Positions 34,001-48,351 of a DNA stretch of 64,000 bases are shown in pieces; the stretch's first letter is position 1; every line of letters begins with the position of its first letter. The translations under genes were made by a program, and so were the position numbers. Where the stretch lies: positions 762,459 to 826,458 of the forward strand of contig JAAOMT010000009.1 of NCBI GenBank assembly GCA_016748015.1, written 5' to 3'. A model generated the notes under the pieces. That model was not told the origin of the DNA and made no database searches. It saw only the letters and a list, made by a program, of their open reading frames with translations. Source of the stretch: Geosiphon pyriformis uo1. Lineage: Eukaryota > Fungi > Glomeromycota.

Positions 34001-37000
34001 ACACCAGAAAATGCACCATCAAAAACATACTCCAAAGGCTTGTACTGGCGAGACCAAATATCGGAGATATTAGGCACCACCTTGCGCTTCCTAGTCCAGC
34101 CTTCCATGATCCCATCCACCTTAGCCTTGACTAAGCTGGGCTCCAAAATCAACTCATTACCCACAACCAGATGATCTAGTACCACTTTGCGAAAGGGACA
34201 CTCCAAAACACTCCTGATAGTGTGACCCTTGTCTGATTCAAAACTTTCCATTCTTCTATCAATAGCTGTTCTGATATGGGATTCCTTAGCACGTTTGGAT
34301 TCCAGCAACTTAGCAGAGCGGTAAGACTTCCTTGTCTTAGCCAGAGCCAAGCAAATCCTGTCAAAACTGGAGCTTGAAAGAAATAAAAACTTCACCACCA
34401 AAGCACCATTGACATCGAGCTTCTCCCATGTATTCAACAATGACACAAATTCCACACTAGACAACGAACAAGACACCTTAACCAGCTTGGATACCAGCAA
34501 CTCAAGCTTGTGAAACCTAGAAGAACTCTTAGTAAAAACCTCATCATAACCCTTAAACCATTTCTTTTTGAATGTTCCAACTGCTGAGAGAATCATTACT
34601 TTGCGTACAATGTCCTACATAGCATCCAAATCTGAAGATTCCGCAGAAACAGCAAAATCACTCGAGAATATTAGGCCATTGACCAACATAGCATCCTTAA
34701 AATTGTTCCACCCTTTCTCGCCAGCATTCCCGAAGTCAAACTTCCAACAATTTTTATTAGCCTGCTTGCATATCAAATTCAGCTGAGAGTCAAGCAAGCC
34801 ACCCAAACCCACAGAAACAAAAACAGTCTTATGATCAGTATTAAAAAAATTCTCGACTTCAGTCACACCACGATCCACCACAGCATTAACCAAGCTCGAA
34901 GAGATGAACATATAGTCAATGGTCTTGCAACACCATGAGAGTTACCCCATGTCGGCATCTTTGTAAGCATACTTCTACCCAAGGCATTAACCAGACCCAG
35001 ATCAAAGCACTTTTTGAAACTGGCATTCTTACAAATGTTATTCTCATTGAAATTGCCACCCAAGACCACAAAAGAAGATTCATTTACCATCTTAGCAATC
35101 AAAGAATTGATGTCGCCAGCCTGTGAGAATCAGACACTTGAAGAGGCACCAGTGTAAAGACCCAAAACAGAAACCAAAAGTTTATTTTTGAAAAGAAGTC
35201 TGACAGAAAGGAGCTGGCCAGGCACCTCAGAAACCTTGAAAATGTGCCTTGCCAAAGAAGAATTCATGATGATTAACACTCCAGCACCCAAAGAACTAGA
35301 ATCCAGACCAGAAGTAAAAACCCGAACACCATTAAATTTGTTGGCCAACCATGGACAAACTTTCTCTTTAAGCTTTAACTCAGTGAAAATAGAAACTAAA
35401 TTGCCCATATTCCTATGTCAACAAATGACATCATCTTGCTTCACAGAATTGTTCAACCCACGAACATTACACGTAGCAATTTTCTACACCAGACCACTCA
35501 TTGAGAAAGAGGTAGAGGAAGAGCACCACCTGCCAAAGCCAAACCATCCAAGCACGCCAATAGGCTCATGACCAAAGCAGAGAAACCTTCCAACATGTTT
35601 TTCAATTTCACAACTTCAAGTGAGGCAGTTGAACCTGTAATGGCAGCAGTCTTGTCACTAGTGGCATCATCCAAATCCACTCCCATTACTATATTCTCCT
35701 CTTGATTCTGTGATGGAAGGGTTACCGGCAGCTGACATCCAGGGCTAGGCTGGGAAACTGCCAGTACAAATGAGTCCAACCTCTTAGCCAACTCACCAAT
35801 TTGTCCCGTGAAGCTGACAAGACTGCTCTCAATATTCTTTAAATGGTCTTCCAATTTACCACTAACAGTCGAGAGAGGTTTACCATAAGATATAGAACCA
35901 GATTGAGCTGAACCACTAAATAACGCTAATGGAAGTGGTTTACCAACCACAGAGGCCCAGGTTTTTCCACCGAAAGTCAAAGGGTGAGAAACAGGGGCAG
36001 ATTTTTTTTCATATATCTTAGCCAAACGGAGTTAATCCTGAGCTGAGAGAAGAGCTTTCTTGCTCCTAGGACTTGAGGATGCACCAGCAGTACAACAAGT
36101 GAGAGAAGTATGACTGGAATTTCTGCAAATTGAGCACAGTGCAGCAGTCAAACAAGACCAATGGAGACCAATGCCTTTTATAATAAGAGTGTTTGCCATT
36201 GCCTGAATAAGACTACCCTCAGAATCGAAGCACACAGTGGCACAGTGTGCCCAGACATAACTGACAGAGCTGTGTTCAATAACACATGTTTTCCCACCAA
36301 CCAAACCAATGAAGTTCCAAAGATCATGAGTGGTGGTGCCCATAGGAAGAGTGTAAAGCAAAGCCCTAAACTCATCTCTGGCGTTCTACATTTGTTTGTT
36401 AACATCGGCCCAGGCCACACACACTGCATCTTTCCCAATAAGGACAGACCACTTAGCCGCCAAGAGATTAGCCTGAATTTGATCTTCCAATTCGACGATC
36501 GCCTTTTGCCATAGACCCACCAACTGTATTTTGATCAACTTAATAAGTCCAAATTCAGAAATGGCTACATGTACTGCTTTGATGGAAGTTTCCACAGGAA
36601 TTTTTTTCAACACAATTGCCCAATTCGTACGATTGTTGATGGGGCGCTTAAGATCAGTGTTTACTATAACACCATGATCATTTGCCAATTGAGCAGCCGC
36701 CATCATCGTCTTTTCAGAAGTGAATGATGTCTGAATGATTCCACCAAATTTTAAAGGAGCAGAGGCCCTCCCAAAACCATTCACACCTGAGAAAATTTTT
36801 CTGACAAAGTTCAATTTCTCCTAAGATGATTTCCCAGCAACAGCCACAAGATCAATATCCAAAGCAAAGGACTTGTGAACAGACACTTAAATAGATGGTT
36901 TGATAGACAAAGGAGGTGGGAGAAGGAAGGAACCATCTAACACGTCATTGTCTACATCGACAGTACCATAATCAATTACACTTAGAGGCTTCCCTAATAC

Positions 37001-37440
37001 CTTCTTGGTCTTTACACGCAAACTCTTAGGCGTTTGATCAGGATCCCCTTTTGCGAAAGCACCATTCTCACCATAGTCAACACTGGTTTCCTCAACCAAG
37101 CACTCCTCTTCCATGTCAATACTCTCAGATTCAGTAGTGTCACTCATCTCAGAATTCCATGAACGATTACCAAGAGCTTTATCAGCAACCTCACTATTAT
37201 CAACACTCTCTGCCAATACACCACCCTTTCTTTTCTTCCTCGATGCTACCATCTTAAAACCACCCTCAGAACTAGAAACTTTAGTAGCCTTCTTCATAAC
37301 AGCAATAACAGAGCCAACAGTGGCCTCGTAATCGAAAAATAGTTTTAATTTATCGTACTGAATGGTAAAAAAACTTCTTTCGAAAAAACTATAGACTCTT
37401 TTTTGGGAATTTTAGACGAAGGAGAGAAAGAAGTTTTTTT
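31033..37440 (-). mobile_element. Full-length LINE copy (same subfamily as 23.4 kb copy), moderately mutated, with ~351-bp internal deletion
   Basis: Same 5' end, ORF1 start MKKATKVSSSE (37297), the same domain order and 3' UTR. Many premature stops. No clear TSD. Confidence 0.95.
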
Positions 37441-37719
37441 ATAAAAAAAAAATATATTTTTTAATATTGTTAATAAAAATGTGTTAATATTAATAATATT
37501 ACTTTAAAAATTAGTAAATTTTAATAAAAATAATATAGATTTATAAAAATTAAATATTAAATAATTTAAATAATAATTTTATTTAGATATATATTTATTT
37601 TAAATATTAAATTTCTAATTGCTAAAGTTATTTAATAAAAGTTAAATTAAACTTGTTTGGTTTTTCTGTTTTTATTATTATTATTATATATATATAAATT
37701 TTTACACTTTTTTTGAATT

Positions 37720-40700
37720 ATTTTTTTTATTAAAGATTTAACGAGTGAAGTCCAACTGCTATCTAGTACAGAAAACCAAACTAAGTAGGTCAGACTAAAC
37801 ACAGTTCATGTATTTTTTACATGTGACCAGCCACTTGGACTAGTCAAAGCAACACTATGCATCTATCTTAATACACAAATCACCACTCAAACCAGAAAAA
37901 AAATGGCACAATCTATGCTTACCAAAACTAACAGTGAAAAACTCTATTACACTGAGCATACAAACCACTCTATCCGACAACAAAGACTCCATACAATGAG
38001 ACAAGTTCAATACCATACCATCATCATCAGTTAAATTGGCCTTCTCCATATTCACTCTATGCTTAGATCTAACAAGCCATACCCTAGTGCAATGCAACTC
38101 CACCATATATCTGACAAAACTTACCAAAGCTAGAACAGCCTTTTTTTTACTCTCAAAAACCAGAGTGGCCTCAATGAGCCAACTCTTCAACACAAAACCC
38201 TTACAAATTACAGCATATAAATCTACATCCAAAGAACATGATGAAAGTGAATGTAGGACAATTGAGCCAGGTGAGTAGAAAAAACCAGTCAAAGATATCC
38301 ACTTATTAGCAGCTTCTACCAAGATCTCCTCTTGGAAAACAGTGTTCCCAGAACAACTAAAAACATGATCAAGCAACTCCATCTTACTGCACAGCAAGCA
38401 CAAAACTCCAGGATAATTTTTGTTATACAACCTCTTTCTGACTACTACTGGCAGCCATCTATGCACTACTTTTATTAAATATATGCGCAGATTAGCTGAC
38501 CTCCTACTAATAAATTCAGAAAGCATGCATGAATCAAGATACCAAACATTAGCAGTAACCACCCAGTCTACTTCCTTAAGCATAACACTCAGAATCACAT
38601 CATAACCAGGACCAGCCTTCTAACAAGCATGGCAAATTGAATGGTATATATTACAAACAAAATAACAGGCATTACCAAACACAGTAGTGTTTTCAGCAAC
38701 CAAAAACTGCTCCTGAATCCCAACTGGCAAAGTGAGAGAAGAGGCAGTGACTTTATTGGCTAATTCATCAGCCTTAACATTGCCTAAAACCCCTAAATGT
38801 CTTTTAACCTTCATCTACTTAACTGAGATGTTCTTTTTTTTGAGATTGGCAACATACAATCACTCAATCTAACACTGATTGCGAAAATCAGACATAGGTA
38901 AAAAAGCCTCAGATACATAAGCATCAATCACAGATTGACTGTCCAAATACAGAGCCATATCACATGAAGCTGGAACATACTCCAAAGCCAAAGCAATGGC
39001 CTGTAATTCAGCTAAAGTAGAAAACAGTAAACCAAACACTCTGATTTCAATGCTCATGTTAACCACTAAAAAGTAAGCCACAGCCCCACAAGTTACTTTA
39101 GCAGAACTAGCATCTTTTAAAGACCCATCTTTGTAGACTTCAACACAATCTGACCAGACATTCAACAAACTGTTATGCACATCTGAGAAATCATTGAAAT
39201 TCAAAACATTCAACACAGACAGACCAAAACTAATAGCAAATCTGGGTGCCAGAGTAATGACATTGTTTATAAACTCAAATATCAATGTAAATTAGTGAGG
39301 AACAGGACCTCTGAGATCCAGTTTTTTTCACTGCTGAAATGTTTTCCAATCTATCACCACACCTTTTTTGTCCAAAAGTCTGTCACCAAATGCAATACCA
39401 AAACACTTCAAAGAAAGAACAGAGTCATAATACATTGAATTTCCCAAGATATTAGATATTGGAAACCTACAAGACCCATGAAAAACACTGGGCAGATTGT
39501 TCACTAAAGACAACTCATTCTCCAAAAAAATTCTTACAATTCCAGCCAAAAAATTGTTTATAGAACTGACATACAACTTGACAAAATATTGCAAAGAGTT
39601 TAGAAAAAACCACCCCAAAACTTGTAAATCCAAGAATCTATGCTTGAAAAGATGCTCAAGAATACCATGTTCATTGGAAAAGGAGATCAGAAAAGCTAGC
39701 TTCCCTTTAGACTGGATTTGTTCAAAAGGCTTCAAACCATATAAAGACGGATAATATAAGACCTCATTGGGGAAGTCATGTAACAAAGCAGCCTTGGCTT
39801 TGAGACTTTTCTAAATCATAATGTCCCATTTACAACAAACACTTGATGAAACAAAACTAAATTGTATTCGATAGCTGACCATGGGTTGCAAGACAGCTGA
39901 AACCAAATAAAAAAATTGTTTATCCATAATAGCTTTTCTCAACACTACATTAAAAAAAAACTTGACATCCCTATGAGCCTAAGCCAAACTAGGCTTAAAA
40001 AGACCCTCCATAAACAGAAATATGTCCAAGTACCTATGAGATTCACCCTTCTTAGCAATTGAGATTGGCAGACCATTAATCAAAAGTAAGGCATTCTTGA
40101 CACCTCGATTAATGAGAATAGCCATTGTTTTGTCATTATTAATTGAGATATCATTGATAATGAAGAACTTACTGGCAATGTTCAAAATGTATTGTGTCAA
40201 TACTTAACTACTCCCAATCCAAATTGTGTCATTAACAAATGCACTAGCAACCAAAAAGAAAGTCCTTCCTCCAACAGCCTCAACTCTGCCAGTCGTAGTT
40301 ACAAACCGGGTATTAATATGATAGCTGCACAAATGTTCATGCCTTTTGACTTCACACAAAAGTAGATCATAAAAAATTCTCCAAAGAAGTGGAGAAAAAA
40401 CTTCACCCTGATCCAAACCATCATGCACTTTATAATTATTTGAAAAACCAAAATCTATTATCACTCTGTTAATTTGATCTTTATGAATATTACCAAAAAA
40501 GCTGATAAACTGACTGCACATTTTAATTTGATGCAAACTGGTCTGCAAATAATGCCAGCTTACTAAGTCATAAGCTTTGCTTATGTTCTACAACACCAGC
40601 CAAAGTTCTCTATTCTTCTCCAAAGTATCTTCCACCACTGATCCAACAGCAAAAATAGGAGATTGATTGAAGTGCCCTTTAACACCAAAAAGTTATCACC

Positions 40701-43700
40701 ATAAAAAACATTAAATTTACTACAAGCCAATAAAATTTGGTCAGACAAGATCTTAGACAGAATTTTCTGAACTGTTTTAATTAAAGCAATAGGTCTAGTA
40801 TTCATTAACACACCATTTTATTCATAAGGCTTGGGAATCATTGATACCTATGCTTTTCTCCAAGATACAAGAGTCACACCCATTATCAAACACGAATTTA
40901 GCAGCTTCAAGAGAAAAGTCAGAACCTCCAAACTACAATGTTTCCAGAGCTCATTAGGTATTTCTAATAATCCAGCAGCCTTTTCATTCAGCAGATTGCC
41001 AACAACTAAGGACAATTCCTTCATATCAATCTCTTTTATTACACCAGTAAAAGCATTATTGTCAACATAGTCCAAAAGCATATACTGGCGAGACCAAAGA
41101 TTGGGCATCTGCGAGAGCATTAATCACTTTCTCGTCCACTCTTCCATAATTTCATCAACCTTAAGTTTGATCTCACCAGGCTCAAATACTAACTCATCAT
41201 TTACCACTAAGTGATCTAAAATGACCTTGTAAAAAAGATGCTCTAAAACACTCTTTATCATTCTTCCTTTGTCAGAACAGAAATTCTCCATATGATGGTT
41301 AATAGTCTTTTTAATAACAGCATCCTCGGATGCTCTTGATTCATAATATTTAGACTTCTGATATTCTTTTTTCACAATTGACAAATGCTTCAATAACTCT
41401 GATGAACCAGCACCACCTAGAACCAACCTGGAAAACTTAGAAGCCTCTTCAATATCAACAGCCAACCAAACCTTAACAAGCCGGTCAGATTCCAAAAAAT
41501 CTCCAGAACTAAAAGCCTTCACAATTCTTGAGATGAGCTGCTCAAGTTTGAAAAATTTTGAAGACTGTCTGTTTTTTGAACAATCATATTCACTAAACTA
41601 ATGTCTAGAAAACACCACATCAGCAGCATGCACTAAGGTTTCACTCAATGCCTCCCACATTGCATCCAGATCACTGTTGTTCTTTACTTCTTGAAACTCA
41701 TTTGAATATATTAGCAATCCAGCCAAAGAGAGCTCCTTAAAGTGTATCTATTGTGCCTCATTGGCATTCCCCAACTTAAATTTCCACTGGTCTTTATTGG
41801 TTTGTTTACAAACACTGTTAAAACAAGTGTCTAGAAGTCCACCCAAATCAACTAAAACCAAAATTGATTTATGATCTGTATCAAAAAATTCTGACACATC
41901 ATCAACAAAATATGATACCACTGCAAATGCCAGATTACTGCTTACAAAAATAAAGTCAATAACTTTTAAAGTGCTCCTAGAATTGCCTCAAGTAGAAGTC
42001 TTGACTAAAAAATGTCCTTAAAACAAGTTAACCAACTCTATGTCTAAACAAAACTTGTAATTGGCACTCTTCTTAGACCCATTCTCATTAAAGTCCCCAC
42101 CCAAAACAACAAAACTGCTAGAATTAACTGCCTTGGCTATAAGAAAGTTGATCTCTGAAGCCAGCCCAAATCTAACCTCAGCAGATGCACCAGCATATAA
42201 ACCCACAAATGTAACCAAAAGTTTGTCCTTAAAGAGAAGCCGAACCAAAATAAGACAACCAGAAACTTTTTTCACTTTAGAAACATGGTGAGTTAAAGAA
42301 TTGTTCATAATAACCACCACCCCAGCTCCAAGAAAACCTTTATCTAAACCAGATGAGAAAATCCGAACTCTTTTAAACTTATTCATGATCCAAGGCTTAG
42401 TGCTAGAGCTTAACTTTGTTTCCATAATAAATAAGACCATATTCTCAGATTTTTTATGCCAATGCATGACATCTTTTTGTTTAGTAAGAACATTAATACC
42501 TCGAATGTTACATGTAGCAATCTTCCAAATAAGATCACTTATTGAGATAAAGAAGATTTCTGAAAACCTGAGCTGGCACACAACAGATCTAACTTCTCTA
42601 AAACAGAACCAACAGAAACCTTAAGAGCCACCAATTTTGACTTAAGACTGTCAACCTTGAAAGTTAACACTCTTGTGCTACTTGAACTAAGAACTAAGAC
42701 ATCATCAGCAGCAGAAGAAAAGAGTACAGGACAAGCATCAGGAATATCCAAAACCATATCCAAATCCACACTAGAATTCACAACTACAGACAAAACTGGA
42801 ATAAGAGACTGAAAGACAGAAATCAAGGGGCTCTGTTCAGAGATGGGTGCCAAAGGCACCAGTGCAATGCCATTTAACCATTTTACAATGTCCAACACCT
42901 GATTAGACAAAAGCTCGAGAAAATGCTCTAATGTTGACAAACGTACATCTAAAAAAGAGTTCAATAAAGTGAAAGAGAGGTATTTGCCATCAGAATTCAT
43001 ATCAACAATAGAAAAGGGATCAGAGTCTGTCTTGGCAGAGTGATCATGAGAAGTGGATGCAGCCAAAATTACTTGAGCCCAAGACCTGCCACCAAAAACA
43101 GCCAGATGAGAGATAGAAATGTTTTTTTTGGCATACAATTTAATTAGATGAAGGCAAGTAACCTCTGAAATATCTTTTTTAAATGGTTTAACTGGCTTGA
43201 GAGAGAATGTAATTGTGGCATCACACTCCAAAACAGAATGACCAAATTTCTCACAACATTCACACCGAACCAGATTCATTCTTGTTCAAAAAAGTTTAAT
43301 ACCACTAAATATTGGCTCAATACAATAAGCAGACTTCAGATCCTCTTCAAATTCAAAGCCAATCACAGCACAACAGATTCTATTGCCAGTATTAACAGAA
43401 TGATTGATCACACATGTTTTTTTACCAGCCCTATCTAAGAGAGTGCCAAGATTATGTGCTGTCATTCTCACTGATAGAGTAAACAAAAGCACTCTAAACT
43501 GATCTCTAGAAGCCCATATTTTGCAATTTTCCACAGCCATAGCCATATGTACAGAGTCTTTCCCAATGAGGAAAGACCATCTAGATGCCAGTTGCTCAGC
43601 CTAATCTAAACTAACAAATTCTACTATGGTCTTTTGCCACATGCCAATTAATTGAACTTTGATTAACTTAATATCACCAAATTCAGATACTGCAGTGATG

Positions 43701-44547
43701 ATCATTTTTTATGCATATCCATGGAAATTTTTTTTATAACTACAGCCTGATCTGAATGGATACTTTGTTTTTTGAGATCAGTGTTTACAGAGATACTTTT
43801 TTTTCTGGCCAATAAAGTGGCCATATTCATGCTTTCTTTTGAAGTGAAGGTAGATCTGATGATCCCTTCAAATTTTGAGGAGGTAGTGGCCTCTCCAAAA
43901 CCATTAATAGTTGAAAAAATTTTTCTAACAAGCTGAGTTTTTGCTGTGACTGATTTGTCTTTTACTGCAAAAATATCAATATTCAAAGCAAATGATTTTT
44001 TGACTAACACTTCCACTGGAGTTTTAATGATCTTTGAATCAATTCACTTTTTTTCCAGAGAAATAGACAAGTGAAGGGGAAGCACAATTTCATTATCATT
44101 CATAGTAAAATCAGGAGAGCCAAATACTGCACCAGTATTGATATGTTTTGCCTTGGGAATGGTTGCAGCCAAACTCAAAAGAGACCCATTATGTATACCA
44201 GTCATGCCCACATTCTCATCATCACCAAACAGACTATTCACATTAGAATACACACTATTACCAGGCCCAGAATTACTTAAAAAGATATTTTTCTTATTAC
44301 CAGAGTGTTTAACATTCTTAAGAACCATTTTTTTCTTTTGAGCAAAAGAATCACCAACAGAATCATGGAAAGCTCCTTTGAATGCCTTTTTTTTTGACAT
44401 ATTATCACCTGAAGCAGCTTTTAAATCCACAATGAAAAAGTTATTACTTAAAAAAATATTGAAAAAACTAGCAAGAAAAAATTAGAAAACTTTTTTATCA
44501 GAAAATGTGCTTTTTGAGAATTTTTAGAAGTAAGAAAGAAAAATTTT
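37720..44547 (-). mobile_element. Full-length LINE copy, second subfamily (different ORF1 N-terminus and 3' UTR), more mutated and CpG-depleted
   Basis: ORF1 N-terminus ..KAASGDNMSKKK.., CECCEKFGHSVLEC, WKIATCNIRG, decayed AFVNDT and YKDGS, and the 3' terminus GGACTTCACTCGTT. Confidence 0.94.
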
Positions 44548-44599
44548 AATAATAATTCAAAAAAAAAAACTTCTTTACTGGTATTTTTAAAATTTTTAG

Positions 44600-46590
44600 A
44601 ATTTTTAATATTATATGTTTTAATAATTTTTATTATATTATTGGTTAATTATATTATATTTTATTTATTATTTTTTTCTGTTTTATTTTATAAATAATAC
44701 TAATTATTAATAAGTAAATATTATTATTAATAAAAAATTAAGTAATTAATTAACATAAAATTTTTATAATTTTTATTATTAATTAAAATATATTTTTATT
44801 ATTAATTAAAATATATTATTATTTTAATTTATTTTTTATTATTTAGTTAAATTATTAAATATTATCATTTAATTAATAATTTAATTTGTATAATATATAA
44901 GTATAACTAAATATAATAAAATATTTAATAGTTTACTAAAATAATTAATAGTTTGTAAAAATAACTTGTAATTTAATAAAATACATCTTTAATTTACCAA
45001 ATATTAGCAAAAAAAAGTGCAAAATTATAAAATAGTATTATAATAAATTATTTAAAAAAAAAGCTTTTTTTTTAAAAAAATAGTTTTGATTCAGAATAAT
45101 TAATTAGTTATAACAAATCAATTAAATAAAAATTTACTTTAAAAACCAACGAATTTTTTTCTAATTATTATTGTTTAAAATTTACAAATTTTAATTAATA
45201 TTCTAAAATTAATTATTTACTAATTTTAATAATTACTTAATTAATTTTAAAACAAAATAATTACATATTATTAAAAAATTTATACTTAAAAGTTTCTGTA
45301 AAAGAATTGATTTTTATTGCAAAATAATTATATAAAGTAATTAACATAAAATTAGTTATTTTATTATAAATTCAATAATATAAACTATTTAAAGTATAAA
45401 AAAATACTTTAAAAATAAATTAATTTATTAAAAATTTAACAATTTTTATTAATAATATTAAAAAAAAACTAAAATCTTTAATAATAATATACAAAATTAT
45501 TCTTAAAAAACAATTTTTTTAATGTTAAAAACATAATATCAAAAAACTTAAAAACTTAATCAATTTGGCTTTAAAACTGTTAGTTTATAATTATAAAACT
45601 GTTTTTTTTAATCTATTTAAGCTTTTATTGTTAAATTTAAAATGCTTTTTAATAAGTTTACTGGATTTTGTTTTATAATTTTTTTATATTTGCAAAAATT
45701 ATTTGTTTTAATATAATTAATAATTAAACTATTTAGTTTTTTAATAACTTTAATTACTTTTTTATAACTGCTAAAAAATATTTATTATAAAACCAGATTT
45801 TGAATTTTGTTTTTAAAAATTCAGATTAAAATTTTATAATAATATAGTTATTAATATATTTAAAAAAAATTTAAATTTAAAATATAATAATAAATAATAA
45901 TAATTTTATTAATTTGGTAATTTTTTGGAATTTTTAAACAGCAAAAATTAAAGTTATTAAAAAAGCTATAAAAATTTCAATAAATAAGTTTAATATTTAA
46001 AGTATTTAGACAATTGTATTAAATATAATTTAACTTTAATTATTATTATATAATAATTAATTACTTAACTAATTAAAACTACTTTAACTTTAACAAAAAA
46101 ATAAACTTTTTATTACTATTTTGTTATGTAATAATAAAAACAGCAAAATACTTTTTGAAATTTATTTTATTATTTATAAGCTAAATAATTTTAAAGTTAA
46201 TTAGTTATCAATTTTAACAGAATAATTAGTTTATTCTTATTTAAGTTTAAAAACTTTATTAAATTTATTTTTAATTATTTTATAACATTTTTTAATTATT
46301 TTTTTATTTAAAAATATAAATTGTTTAAATTAAAAATAATTAAAATTTGAATTCTTATATAAATGTAATTTTTTAATTTTATAAAATAGGTTAACACAAA
46401 AATTAAATATATCTTTTTAAAATATTTTTTAATATTGTTATGACACTATAATAAAAGATTAAAATAAGCCTAATAAGTCCAATTAATACTTAAAAAATAA
46501 GTATATTAAAATTTAACTGTAAATTAAATTAAATTTTGTTTTTTTATTTATAAATTTAAGTTGAGTTATTAGATATTAAAAAATAAAAGG
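44600..46590. other. Extremely AT-rich tract, probably decayed repeat DNA (family not identified)
   Basis: Composition resembles the identified hypermutated LINE ghosts, but I could not recover protein motifs by eye. Confidence 0.4.
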
Positions 46591-46733
46591 CTTTTTGTAT
46601 TTGTTCGCAGCGGACGCGTTGTATATCAGTGATGTCACAAGTTCACTGCCTGATCACGCTCCAAATTTAAGCAGTTTCAACGTTTTTTATTTAACACCTT
46701 TTAAAGCTGTGTATAATAACAGTTTTCAGGAAC

Positions 46734-48322
46734 ATGGAGTTCATGAGCAATCTCGGCTCTAATGCCGACATTTATCGACCTTCTCTTTTTGAATTAATTG
46801 CTCAAGGCAAAATGCATGAAATGTTGCAACCCGCAGTCAAATACATACTGTCTGTGAGTTTTTTGCCAAATTTTATTGAAGGACTTTTACAAATGAGAAC
46901 CTTTATTTTTTGCTTTGCAATTTTAAAATTCAGGTCTATGCACAAAGATATCCTCGATATCTTTTACGCATAGTAAATAAACATGATGAGATTTACACTT
47001 TCATTATGTTTTTCGTTGAACGGCACTACTTGAAGGAATGGGGTGAGTTGAATTATGAAAATAGTAAAAATCAGGAATGAACAGTTTTAAGTCTTATGTT
47101 TTCTATATCTAATAAGCCTAAACTTCCTATTAAGGTGCTTCTTTTGCTGAAAATTTTTATGGGCTGAAACGAATACGTAGTATTCAGTCTAGTAGAAAAT
47201 TAACCTTGACAGCAAATGAAGAAAAGATTGTATCACTTAGAAATGGGGACATATGGCGTTCTCTCTTAGTATTGGTAATGAGAACATGGATTTTTAAGGC
47301 TTAAGCATATATTAAGAGGCTTTAAACAGCCTTATCTTCGAATCTTTTTGTCATAGGTTGGTATTCCATATGCAAAAGGCAAATTAGATACACTATATGA
47401 AAGAGTTAGTGGTGGAGCAGGGGCAAGATTTTTGAGAAGGGAAAATACACAAAGGGAACTTATAAATGATGAAAGGGTAAGCAATGTGTTGCAATGTTTG
47501 AAAAAATAAAATAACTTCTCTGAATTAGTCTTCCCGTTCTTTGTCTAGCTCCCGCTTTCCAAGCGAGGGCTCAGTGCAATGCGCTTTATGTTCAAAACTT
47601 TATACCCATGGGTTAATGGGTTTTATCATCTTACGATTTTGGTGTTCAACATTGGGTATCTCTTTGAGAAGACTCCCTTTTATACACCAGGATTTCGACT
47701 TTTGGGAATTGAAGTTCGAAGAATGGGCGCTCAAGACTATGTATGTGCATTTTATAAGCTTAGATCTTATTGTAACATAATTTAATAACAATTTATTCAC
47801 TCAAATAGCGCGAACATTTGGAGAGAAAATCTGCTCAACTGACTAGTTCAAATGTAGAAATGACACGCCTAGAAGTCGGGAAACATATTTTAATAACTAT
47901 CTTATCTCGAGGGTTTGACTTTTTGAAAACTTTGCTACCCATGTCCATACTTTTTTTCAAATTCTTAGAGTGGTGGTATTCAAGCGAATATAGCCGGCGA
48001 CCTGGCGGCGAAACTGGAATTGAGGTACCTCCCCCGGAAAGAATAATGGTACATGGAAATATTTATTTTTTACAATTCTCGAGTATATTATTAATCAACT
48101 TGTTTTTTTTAGCCTGATCCAAATGGAATTCCACTTCCTAGTACCTTGAACACCTGTGCACTTTGTTCCAACAAATTAACAAACCCAACTGCACTGCCAT
48201 CTGGATATGTTTTTTGCTATACATGTATATATAGATATGTTGAAGATTACGGATGCTGTCCAATAACCTTAATCAAGGCCGATGCTGATAGTTTAAGGAA
48301 AGTATATAATTCAGCTTCATAA
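46734..48322 (+). CDS. PEX12: Peroxin 12 (peroxisomal RING E3 complex subunit), multi-exon
   Basis: [20 protein letters not shown]..|[21 protein letters not shown]..|[12 protein letters not shown]; [11 protein letters not shown]; [33 protein letters not shown] introns, e.g. 46854-46933. Stop at 48320-48322. Confidence 0.95.
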
Positions 48323-48351
48323 AATTACCGAAATTATCAAGTATGCAAAAA

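Noticed and set aside
23474-44341. Plus-strand ORFs overlapping the LINEs
   Set aside because: They are antisense shadows of ORF1/ORF2 with no recognisable domains, and their boundaries vary between copies.
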